64,000 nucleotides of DNA. It comes from Macrostomum lignano. Lineage: Eukaryota. Below the pieces are notes generated by a model, which was given only the letters and a program-made list of their open reading frames with translations, made no database searches and was not told the origin of the DNA. Positions within the stretch are counted from its first letter, which is position 1. The number at the start of each line of letters is the position of its first letter. Positions 12,862 to 24,600 of the stretch are shown piece by piece. Where the stretch lies: positions 124,001 to 188,000 of the forward strand of contig NIVC01001966.1 in the NCBI GenBank assembly GCA_002269645.1, read 5' to 3'. The translations under genes and the position numbers were made by a program.

Positions 12862-14040
12862 TCAGTTAACTTTCATGCTTGTATTTTCTCTCTCTTGACT
12901 TTTTCTAGCTTGGCCATAGACAATTCTCTGTGACGTTGCTAGTTTAAGTGGTCCCGCAAAAGGGCCGTTGGACTATAGTTTCCCTTGTAATTTCTCATTT
13001 TAATTTCTCCAATAGTTTATTTTAACGTTTACTTATGGTAGCGTGCAAATAATCTGTATCAACTGCTAATTCACTGTGTATTTGGTAGGCCTTGCGCCCG
13101 TCTGTGAATTTTGGCACGATCGATAATTTCAAGTTCTCTCGCCAGCCAATGAAGGCTCTCCGTGTTTACGCTACCCCCCTTTTGCGCTCTTTATTAACCC
13201 CCCCCCCGCCTGGCGGCGGGCCCCTCGCTCGCTTCTTCTGCCCCGTCTCCTCCGGCCTTCTGTCTGCCTCCTTATCTCTCGCCACGGCTCCTCTGTTGGG
13301 GCCAGCCTGTTTACACTGCCTGCCACTGTCTGCCACGGCTAACGCCAATCTCACCACTACGCATCTGCCACTGCTGTGCTTATCGCCGTTACTCACCACG
13401 TTGCATCGCATTGCATCACTCGCCTACTACTCGACTACAATTTCTAATTCACCTTCAATTCAAAACCATTGTTGCAGCCGCCAGTGTCCCAAAAGCACAA
13501 TAAGTTCTGTATTGATATTAACCAATTTGAATAGTGATACCAACAATAAATCAGCCACGGCAGTTCCCTGCCTTGTTCGCCAAGTGCTCCGCTACACAAT
13601 CCGCTTCTCAAGACTTGACTCAATTCATTTTGGGACTACGACTTACGACAACTCTCGTAAAACGGCCCTTCTAAGGGTCATAGCCTCTACGCCAATAACG
13701 TGACATTCTCCATTCAAAGATGTCACTTCTGTTAAGAAAGTTTTTTCTTGCCTGTGCATAATAGAGCAACTGTTTTGGAATTCGAAGTGTACAGCGCAGA
13801 ATAAAAACTGCGCATGTCTATGGCATGCATTGCTTGCCGTCTGGTAAGATAGAGATATGGGGGGGGGAATTCTGTCGTAGACAAGTGGTTAACCACTTAT
13901 GTGGCCATAGAAGCTAATGTTAAAATTTTGCTACTTGCGACAGTGCCAAAATCAACTACTGAACTCAATTTTGTCAGTAGTCTCTGCAGTTCATGAATCA
14001 TTCTTAGTTTGATTGAGTAGCTTTTTATTTAACTTAACTT

Positions 14041-14176
14041 ATAGTGCAAACTCAATTAAGTATTGTTCCCTTCTGTCTATGGTTGGGATAGTGCAAACTG
14101 TATTAGGTATTGTTCTCTTCTGTCTATGGTTGGGATAGTGCGAACTGTATTAAGTATTGTTCCCTTCTGTCTATGG
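14041..14176. repeat. Tandem repeat, 47-bp unit, 3 copies
   Basis: atagtgcaaact...tattgttcccttctgtctatggttggg, with GTCTATGG at 14075, 14122 and 14169. Confidence 0.9.
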
Positions 14177-14960
14177 GACAGAAGGGGCTCTAGCATCCTT
14201 CAAAAGCAGTTCGGGGTAAGAGTTCGCCCTGGTGACCTCGTCTCCGAGGACCCTGCAGCAGGTCGTATAACGGCTCGCAGCAGCGACTCTCTGACCGACA
14301 GACGGGGCCAGCCGGTTAGAGATTTAGACAAATCAAATCGTTGATGTCATAGACAAATCGTTGTCACGTGCTGCGACCGCTGATTATTTGCATTGTTTTT
14401 CTGTTTGACGATTCGACAGACAATGCATTGTCTGTAGTAATAGAATGTTCTGCATTAAAAATGTGAATAATGATCGTCAAATTGCTAAACAATGCAAATA
14501 TCTATAGGACAATGGATGTAGGTATACATGTACTCACACAACGGCTCAGTCTTGTCAGTGCGAAAAAGTGATGCGATGCAAATGTTAAATATTTAGATTC
14601 TTGAGTAAAAATAAGAAACTTTTTTAAATCGAGCGAGATTGCTCCCGAAATAAGGTAAAATTAGGAAAGTTAGACGTCATTTTTTTCAGTGACAAAACCA
14701 TCGAACATGATATTTATGAAACGATTGGTATGCGATTTGTAAATGTTTGAATTGAAATTTCTCTTGTTACATGAAGTAACTTTTTAGTTCAATGCTAAGT
14801 CGAACAGAGCCGTGGACGAATCAGGCCGTTTAAATGGAACAATGGGAGATGAAGTGAAGCCCCGTTGGCTGTTGAGAGCAGCTATTTAACAGCTTCGCCT
14901 TCGAAAGGCGTCGCTTTAAGCACTGGAACCCAAAGAACCGCGATTTCATCAATTGTATCG

Positions 14961-15916
14961 ATGTCGACTCCGAGGGTGCTCCTCCTCTCCCTGCTGAGCC
15001 TCGCCTGCCTGCGCAGCCTGCAGTCCTGCCAGCCGCCCTACCAGCCCGTGTCCGGCTTCTGCCTGCTCCTGAACACCACAGCCGCAGTCGGCTGGTGCCA
15101 GGCAGCTCGTCTGTGCCAGGCCGTCGGAGGCGAGCTGGTGATGGAGCCGGCCGCCATCCGGGCAGCTGCGCCGTTCACCACGGACTCGGTGAACTTGTGG
15201 GTCGGCGTCACCGACATGCTGGAGGAGCGGCTCACAAGCAGGTCGGAATTCCAGCAAAGTTCTAGAAAATGAATGCGTTGAAAACTGCCCATACTAATCA
15301 ATTAACAAAAGAATTGCAATTGCTATACCACTTCTTGTCGTGCACTGAATTCTGAAGGACGCAACTTGAACGAGAATTGAAAATAACGATCAGACAAACC
15401 GAAAACCAACTCTGCAAACTGATAATAAGCCTTCTAGTGGTTCGTCGTTCAATTTTCTCTTTTAACTGAAATTTCCATCTTCTCAGGAGCGGCTGGCGGA
15501 TGACCAATGGAAGCACATTTTTTGCCCCAAACTCTGACTGGAGACCCGGCTGGCCAAATAATGGCGACAGCTCGGATGACATGCTGGCTCTAAAAAAAGG
15601 TTTGCTTCTCGACTTTGTCTCATCCAATCTGGTAGGCTTCGTCTGCCAGCCCGTGGCGACGCCGAACAGCGGAACCTTCCGTCGGACCAGCTTCCTGCAG
15701 CTGGGCGACATCACGCCCTACTACTGCTACACGGAGGTGCAGTCGGTGCAGCGCAGGCTGCTCTGCGTTCGCCAGTGCGCTGCGCGCTGGGAGTGTCGGG
15801 CGGCTCTGTTCAACCGGGCCGAGTCTCGCTGCCGCATGCTGGACTTCGCCGACGCGAGCGCGGGCGACGCCATCGAGAAGAGCGGCGCTTGGGAGAAGTT
15901 CGTCAAGGTCTACTGA
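14961..15916 (+). CDS. Secreted C-type-lectin-like + PAN/apple protein, copy 3 (236 aa)
   Basis: Exons 14961-15241 and 15487-15916 join in frame; the donor GTCGGA is weaker than in other copies; same domain pattern as copy 2. Confidence 0.82.
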
Positions 15917-17659
15917 GTTGTGAGACTCAAAAGTTATGAATTGGAAAATGCCAATACACTTTACTGAGAAAGACGTCTCCAATCAGAAGTAAGCAGCCTA
16001 ACATGTTCTCGAATGAGTTCACCCCTCGCTGAAGCAATGTGCAAATTTCACGCAAATAAAGAAGAAATCTTTATGCAATAACATCTTCTGCATGAAGTCA
16101 TGTTGCGTATCTGTGGATTTTAACAGCAGATTTGGAAAAAACCTTTGAGTGTATTTTTCGCTTCGTGGAAAGCGTGTCACCCAATTAAAACATTCGTTTT
16201 CAGTCAATTTAGTCTTTTCCTGGCTCATAGAACTAGAATTTCCGACATGCATTTGAAACCAAGCAAGTGTTTTTCCGAAACTTTGCGATTGAAGCATCGT
16301 TTTTAATGGCATTGGTAGTGACTGCTTCTGCTTTTGAGTATGCTTTTCTTGTGTCTCAGTCTCCCTCCCCGGTTAATGAGCTAATTAAAGTAAGTCATTT
16401 TTCTTAAAATTTTTGTGGGAAATTTCTCTGATGTACCTAAAGGCAAAGGTTTATGCATACAACGGCATCAGAATTTTTTATGTTTCATATCTCAGGGTGT
16501 ATAAAAAGTTGAAGAGCATTCTTCAGTTTTAGAGACAGTAGCAAAACCTGCTTTAATTACCTTCAGGGCGTTTTTTGAACCAAGGCGCACTTACTGCTAC
16601 CCGAGATTGTGGAGATTGGTGGAAATGGGGGTAATCACTCTTCCTATGTGCAATAGGAACTTATACTAAAGTTATACTACTGGGGTCCTTTAATTGGCCT
16701 CCAATAAGGTATTTCGTTTTTTTCTTTAGCTGCACTTGCAAATTGAAGCTTTACAGTCTAGCACGTCCTAAAACAAAGTTTTTTTCGTTTGAGTTCTCCA
16801 TAGAAAATAGAAATAGGTGCGCAACTCACTACTGGGCTGAGCAATTTGCGTTGTATTTCTAAGATACAATACGATTCCCAAAGAAAACAATATTATGAAC
16901 GTATTTATCGTTTGATGTAGAAGATATCGATATAACAAAAGCAAAGATCACTGCAGCATACAAAAAACTGACTAAAAATTCACATATGTAGAAATTAAGG
17001 AAGTCAGTGCATACATCTTTATAATATGGCTGGCGAATGCCAGCTAAAAAGGCAGTTTTGTCATTTTAATTGACTGAGTAGACAACCAAAACTCGCTTGA
17101 AATTGGACTCTAGCAGGATAGACGCAGCTGAATTTATCAGAAGAAACGCTGAACATGCTCAAAATAAAAATTAAAATTTGATAGATTTTTGGGTCGGCTA
17201 TGGCTCTTGTAAATGGCAAGAACTTTCTATGCTTTTGTTGTCTTTTTAACTGTGCCCTCAGTTAAAAGTATTTTCTTATATTTTATTTATAACATTATTA
17301 TTCTCTTTATTCGTAATGATGAAACGTAATGATGAAACGTTACTAATTAATTATGGTATTTACTAAGCATCTGTATATATTATAAATAACGTGTGCCAGC
17401 CCATCCTTATCTATACATTAACTACGACATGCAAACTACGAGCTATATCACAGCGGTGTCTCGTAGCACCCTGTGCTGGTTGACCTTTTCATTCGTGTCT
17501 CTGTCTCTCCGTGCCGCCGTCTTCGTCGAGATCGATGCTGCTGCTGCTGCTGCTGCTGATTCTGCTGGTACAGCCTCTGCTGCTGCTGTTCTTCAGGCTC
17601 ACTTTCTGGTTTCCCTGTTGAATTCGAGTCCAGTTCATCTACGGAGCTGTGCCTCACCT

Positions 17660-19114
17660 TCAGAATGACTTCAGAGCCCCGCCTCCAACGCTGCCAGCTG
17701 GCTTCTGTCGATAAATCGCGATGGTAGGATAGTACACGCAGTACAAAGTGTACTTTACCTGCGGACAACGGTAGCCCGAGGACATGGGATTTGACCGCTT
17801 TGAATTAAATGAGGCCAAGAAGCTGCCCCTAGAGTTGCGTCGCTGTTGTTGCTGCTGCTGCTGCTGCAGCGGTTGAACCTGCGACTGTTGGCTGTTGGGA
17901 ATGGCGCAGTTAATTGCTTCAACGAATGATGCCTCAGGACAGGGCATCGGGATACCCGGTTGCAGCTTTGGCACAGTGCCAATGAGGATCGGACAGCCTA
18001 GTGTCACGTCTTTCACAGGTACATGGGAAAAACCGAGAGTGACGCACATCTGAATTGCGTACTCCACTGCAATTGGGTGTTGGAAGTGGCTATTCGGCAG
18101 AGATGTCGCTACCACGCCCGGAATGTGTAGCTTGTGCTTCGCCGACCAGAAGCGCTCCGGTTCCTTTCCAGGACCAAGAGAAGCCACCTGCTCCTGCAGC
18201 ACAACCTGGTTGCGGCTGCCAAGTCGACGCTGGTTGCTCCCGAGAGCGGTGGCTCGCTGCACCAACTTTAGGACGATTCGCTGCACTGGTAACGTACTGG
18301 AGGAGCAGTGCACGCTCAGATGGCAGTTGACGTCTTCACCTGGCACGTATGCGTCCTTCTTTAGCATCATTGAGGTTTTCACCTCGTCTTTCAGCAACTT
18401 ATTGATAAGGCGATCAACACTGGTGCACGAGGTCTCGTCAAAGGTGCAACGCTGGGCCACAGCCGGCGCATTGAGATCAACATCCTCGATCAAGGTGAAA
18501 AACTGCGTTGCTTCAATTCCATCGGCCTCGTCCAAGGAGAAGGTGACAACGGCGCGGCAGCAGTAGCGCACGCAGCCGAACTCCTGACACTCGACTGAGT
18601 GCGGCAGCCAGCGGGGAAGCTGAAACTCGAAGCTGCGTTTCTCAACCAATCGGCTGCCTGGCAGAAGGTTTTCCTCGATGGACAGGTGACGCCGGCAGAC
18701 CAGTCTCTGTTTCGAAACGCCGTTACTGGTCTCGGGAGGCAACTCGGAATAGCCGACGCACTCGATCTTGTAACCTGTCGCATAGACCGGTCCGCGCGTC
18801 TCGACGGTCACCCAGCCGGCGATGCGGTCTCCGCTGCGGAAGACCCGACGGCCGCCGCTGAAGCAGACGTCAAAGAGAAGCAGGCGACTCTTGGCCGATG
18901 CTGTGGCCAGCGCCGACAGGCTGGGCGCCTGTGCTGGCGTTGTCGACGGGGAAAGCGCCGGCGATGAGGTTCCCGACGAGCTGGCAACAGAGTCGTTGGC
19001 GTGCAAGATGACGAGCGACGGCGTCTCTTTGGTCATGCTCATGAGCCCGGGCGCCCCTTCGAGGCGTCTCTGTGAGTTTAACAAGGGGTTTTCAGCTAAA
19101 GATAAAGCTGACAT
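17660..19114 (-). CDS. Alpha-arrestin (arrestin-domain-containing) protein, 484-aa open reading frame
   Basis: Arrestin-N motifs VFRSGDRIAGWVTVE and FEFQLPRWLPHSVECQEFGCVRY; arrestin-C motifs KDAYVPGEDV, IAVEYAIQMCV and PILIGTVP; polyQ near C-terminus. True start uncertain. Confidence 0.88.
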   Translation of the reverse strand: MSALSLAENPLLNSQRRLEGAPGLMSMTKETPSLVILHANDSVASSSGTSSPALSPSTTPAQAPSLSALATASAKSRLLLFDVCFSGGRRVFRSGDRIAGWVTVETRGPVYATGYKIECVGYSELPPETSNGVSKQRLVCRRHLSIEENLLPGSRLVEKRSFEFQLPRWLPHSVECQEFGCVRYCCRAVVTFSLDEADGIEATQFFTLIEDVDLNAPAVAQRCTFDETSCTSVDRLINKLLKDEVKTSMMLKKDAYVPGEDVNCHLSVHCSSSTLPVQRIVLKLVQRATALGSNQRRLGSRNQVVLQEQVASLGPGKEPERFWSAKHKLHIPGVVATSLPNSHFQHPIAVEYAIQMCVTLGFSHVPVKDVTLGCPILIGTVPKLQPGIPMPCPEASFVEAINCAIPNSQQSQVQPLQQQQQQQQRRNSRGSFLASFNSKRSNPMSSGYRCPQVKYTLYCVYYPTIAIYRQKPAGSVGGGALKSF

Positions 19115-21674
19115 CTAAATAGCTGCTCTACTGGAATAAGTCTTTATAGAGATATGCGCGAATCCAGCGCTTTGCTAGAGCTTTCTTGATGGAAAGAGTC
19201 GCACGATTCAAGCAGACTATGCTGTACACTCCAGATGTGCATGTCGGTTAAGACGGGCACACAAGATAGTGGTTGGCTATTGTTTGATCAGGTTACGAAG
19301 TAGAAAAAAGCACGGACCTAGCAAGCGACAGAATGAAAGAATGAGTTCTCTTGCCAGGTTGGGACTGGAATTTTCCAGTGAGAGCAGAATAAAGTAATAG
19401 TAACTTCAATGGAGTACTGATATTTCTATAGACTCTGGAGTCTGGATGCTGACCGTTAACCAAAAAATCAACTTACATTGCATGTACGGTAGCTTCAAAA
19501 GTACCCGACGACTTTTTGCTTCGTGCAATATAAATATTTCCGTTATCTTGATGGTGGCAAGAAAAACAAGTTTGCTTTTTTGGTAAAATTAATTGGTTTA
19601 GTGAAGCGCAGGCTAAAGGGATAGTTGTTCACTCGGTCGATTTTGATATTGTAATAAAAAACTGAACGCTGGTATAGGCGAAATATACGGTGCAATTCCT
19701 CTCTCTCTTTCCCTCTGTCTCAGAGCCGCTGTGTCCATACAGTCTGTACTTGAATTGCGTAGGTGAGGCGGTCGCTTGAGCAAGGTCTGTTACAGTACAA
19801 GGCTTGGCGATACGGAAATGAATCGCGGGACTAAGCTGAGCAAGACAGACCTGCCCAAGTCCATAGCAACTGTACTGTGCTGTACAGTACAGACAGAGCG
19901 GGAGAGGGGGCAGAAAATGAATGAAAAGCTAACAACACTGGGAGAGAGAAAATATCGGGCGTTTCACCTTTGGGCATTGAGTCCGGAGCAGGGCAGGGAG
20001 GAGCAGCTTGGCGAGAATGTGAGCTCTGCACAGCGCGTTGCCAAACCGCGAGCAAGCAATCATTTTCTTTGCTCTTGCCGCTCAACGAACCTAAATGATT
20101 TTATTGGCCAACGGGAATATAATGGCGCAGATTGTATAACTACACACTCGTATATAATTTTATCTTTTGGCTTCTCACAATCTATATTTTTATGCTGCAG
20201 TATTGTGCAAAGTCATTTCCCACACACTTGTCTCGCCTTCTTGGCTTTGGCAGAAGGTTAACTAGATTATTTCCAAAAATACGCGTAATTTGTACAAACT
20301 ATTCTTGCTCAACAAAGCGCGCGCGTTTCATACATTCACATGTACATATACCATTGCGAGGGGGGCTAGTAGACAAATATAGACGCTTTCTGAGTCGAGT
20401 CTATATGCTTTATCAACCACAGTGTGGCGCTGTGTCACACCGTATACGAAGATCACATATGTATGTAATTTATATAACGTATATGTATATAACGTATATA
20501 TGTGAAAAATTCGAAAGGCCGTTGGCCATCGCATATATAACATATGTGATGGAATAGAAAGATCCAGGGGGAAAGAATAATTACAAGTATATTTCTATGA
20601 AATTAAAAGTCAGATATGCCTCCAGCTCTCCATTTCTGCAAGCCTAACACGGACCAGCCAAGATGCATTTACATGTATAGCAAAACATGCAGTGGTGAAC
20701 TTGAAAATTCAGTGATGGAACCGCGAGATTTCCTAAAATTATATTAGACAAGTCGTTGCGTTGCTGTGCTTAACTTTTTTCATAACGCTATATAATTGTC
20801 TCTGCAAAAAAATAAAAGTTCACATCATTATTGACCAATATAAATGCTGTGGCGCGCAGGCCCTCAAAAGTCAAAATGCTATACAGAATGAACGATTTAC
20901 ATGTAATGAAGCACAACTAGCTAGCTAAATGTATGGGATATGGATAGAATTATCAAGGATGAATTTAGAAATGTCTACTCTATTAGTCTACTTAAAATTA
21001 ACTAAGGGATCCATCCAATTGGCATATTCAATGACAATAAGGCATAAAAGTAATTTACAGATGTAAAATTGTATACTAACGGCTTGATGTATATAGTTTA
21101 CAAAAAATCACTTTTTCTCGCAAAAAAACAAATAAAACAAAATCTTTACTATTAAATTTCCTTTAACTGCTGGAAAAAATACAATTAAAAATAAAAAAAT
21201 TGATACAAAAACTTTCAAAGCATACTACAAAGCATAACATGCGTCTCAACTTTTTAAAATTCAATTGATTCTTATGATGATAACTCATTTGAGATTGAAG
21301 TCGCGCGCCGCTCGATGGTAACTAACCTGCTCGCTTGCTTGATTGTAATTAGAAGTGGCTGTTCTTTTTGTTAGCCTTTTGTACTGTTCAAGCGCACCTT
21401 TCCTGTTATCCTTAAGCTTTTATTCTACGAAATATGATTGAGCTGTACCTTGACATTTAGAATTAGAATATTTTTTACTTAAGTAAAAAGAGATCAATAA
21501 TCGGCCGCATAACATCTCTTTGCCGTTGGCTAACACCTAAGATTTAAATATCTAGTTAGTGCAACTACAGTTGAGTTTTCGAGTTGCTTTTTAGCTAGGC
21601 CTAAAGCAATTGACTCATTGAGCCTAAACTATCGATTTTTCACAAAAACTTACAAGATTTAATCTATTAAACCT

Positions 21675-24600
21675 ATGGCTTCTCGTGGTGCTAAAAGATC
21701 AGCTCAAGGAAATTTATTGCAGCAGATTGACGATTTTCTAAAATCTGCAGATGGATTGCTTGGTGCAGAATCAAGCGAAACTGAAAGCTTTTCTATTTCG
21801 ACTAGTGCAATGAATAGACCTAGTCAGCCTAGACAAGACAGACCCTTTCGAAATGTTCCTATTCCAAAAGAAACTTCAGGCAGCAAAACAGGAAGAGTAG
21901 CTACATCTTCGAGGCCTGATAGGCCTATGGAAAGATTGTTATCAGCTTACCAAAGACAAAGTAATACTCCAACTTTTTCTACTTCTGAAGATTCTGATTC
22001 TGAAGAAATTAAGCAAAGAGGTCCATATGCAGGTGGGTTTTTAAAATCATTTTTGAGTTTTGTCTTTTTTATTATGCCTATTGAATCTAATATTGTCAAT
22101 GTTATTTTTTTTAATAGTTAGTTATTTTATTTAATGGTTTATATATTAATTTGTAGCATTGCCATTGTTAAATTTAGAATCACATAATAACTAAATTTTT
22201 ATACAAGTTTTAATGACTTGTTTTGGTATTAAATTATTATTTCTGATCAATAAATGCCAGGGTGTACTTTATATATCAAATGCACAAAATATTTACAGAT
22301 TTTGTTTGCTAGAAAAGTATATATATTGTTGGATTTAAATGTAATGTAGCAATGATAACAATAGCATTAATATTATTTTATTAAAGCTCTCTTGAGACCA
22401 AAAAATCTTTATTGAAGTTTTATGTATACATATTATATTTTTTTAATTTCTATACAGAATGTGTAATTTTTTGGGATGAATTTCAACCTGGCATAAAGGA
22501 TCAATTTTATATTTGGTAAAATTTTAATTTATAGTCTATCTATAGGCTACCTAAAAATAAAAACTCTATGTATATATATGTGTCTATGGACAATTTTGTT
22601 TACTATAGACTCCCAGGGTCTTAGTCATTTCGTCAACTGGCCATTTTGTCAACTCAGTTTTTGCATTGGTTGTTTTGTCAACTAGCCAATGAAGCGGTCT
22701 CAAACCTTAGTCACTTTATCAACTGACCAATGGAGAGTTCCCCAACATTGGTCACTTTGTCAACTGCCAATAAACTACCCCCCCATGGCCGCAAAACAAC
22801 TAAAACTGAACCCTAAAATGACTAAGTCAATAGGCTAATTAATATATAGATACCCTTCTATACAACATCTGCTGGCTTCAATCGATGCATCTCTGACTAT
22901 ACATTAACAAACAATAATTCACTCAGGTGTTTGAAATGTGTGTAGTATAACGCAGTTGATACCCCATGTTACACATTTGCATGACAATTTTTAGATGTAC
23001 ATGTAGAAATTCATTACAGAGTAGTTGATGAGTACTAGACCAAAAATAATAATGCTTGAAATGGTCCACTCTACATGGTACATTATAAATATATATATAT
23101 AAAAAGCATTTCAAATTAACCATTACATTTATGGTCATATCGATGTCAATCACGCTCACGCATTAAAATTTATATAATAATATTTTTTATGCACACACTG
23201 GCTCATTCCATATAAGCATGGTCGTAACATGACAGGTTATTTTTACTTATAAAATGAAATCTAATAATAGAATATACTAAACCAATATTTTAAATGAAAG
23301 ATTATTTTGTCTAGAATATATTTATAGAGTTTCATATAGATATCATCATTAGTATAGATGCTATTAAACCTTAAATGACACTTATGGTCGTAACGACAGG
23401 ATTATTGACATATAGAAACTAAAAGGTAAAAGTCTTATAACATTTTTCATTTTTGATATTTTGCAATACATTTTTAAAAATTTGACCAAGAACATCTTTA
23501 GAAATCATACTCTTTTATTAGAATATATAAACTCAAAAGGCAACAAAGATACAAAAGAAAAGGCAGCCTTATGGTCGTAACATTATGGTCGTAACATATT
23601 TTTTTCTGTCAATTCAGTAACTTTGAGGTACTAATACATTAAAAATATAATAGATTATTTGGTCACCAATGCTTTTATCTGATGATGCAAGTACTATACT
23701 TTTATCTATAGTTTGTTTCAACCTTCAAAAGCTTTCTATTTGTTTTTAAAAGGTACAAAATCTTAATGATGTCTTTTGCTTCGAAAAATGTCCAAATTTT
23801 TACAAAAATGACTTTTTGCCAATTGATAACATACTAATCCAACATTTTACCATTCCTTTATTCTTAGATTGTATATATTGCACAATATAAACATTTGGTA
23901 AAAAAATAGGCTAATTAGGCAATGGCAAGCAAAAATATTGACTTTTTTCTATTTTCCAAATATGTCCATCTTATATGGAATGAGCCCACTATATTTAAAA
24001 CCTATATTAAGTATTAAGCACAATCGTACTGCTATTGTAGTGCGATTTCTGTATGGTAAGTGGTAATACGGTACTAAATGCAGACAAAAGAAAAATATAT
24101 TATTTTAAGAAAATTGCAATATTAGGACATCTTGGAAACTGTACATTACGTTACAATAGCATATGGTTCATGTACAAAGTGCAGACAGAAAAAAATATAA
24201 AAAATAATATAATATACAGTGAATGTTACATATATAATCAGGTAAAAACAAGTTGTAAAACAGTCCAATTAATGAATTATAAAGTCTTATACTTAGCTGC
24301 ACTTTTATTGTTGCTGCTGCTGCTATTGTGCCCTGCTGTGTGCAAAATGCGGAATGTGGCCAAGTCTTGTGCAGCTGAGCAGGAATGCACGAATCGAAAG
24401 CGCGCGGCTACAGTACTGCGCCCAATATCACTCTACTTGCACTTGCAGCCGCTCGTACCACGCCCAATGCTGCCACTCTTGTACTCCTTGTTGCACCAGC
24501 GTGGCGTGCACAGGTACCAGCAGTACCTCTGTATGGAGCAGTTGAATGAGAGGGTACAGGGTGAGTTTGACTCTCTTAGCCCACTGCTTCAGTCGCCAAT

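Noticed and set aside
13092-13703. 203-aa ORF and GC-rich block resembling 62894-63250 (ttattaacccccc)
   Set aside because: Low complexity with a non-ATG start; may be a retroelement terminal region, but only a short motif is shared.
13870-14320. Possible tRNA-derived SINE or small RNA (gacaagtggttaa; agttcgccct)
   Set aside because: No cloverleaf and no correctly spaced A and B boxes found.
17755-19118. Antisense and alternative-frame ORFs over the arrestin, FCHO and lectin exons
   Set aside because: Expected shadows of high-GC3 coding sequence; no independent motifs.
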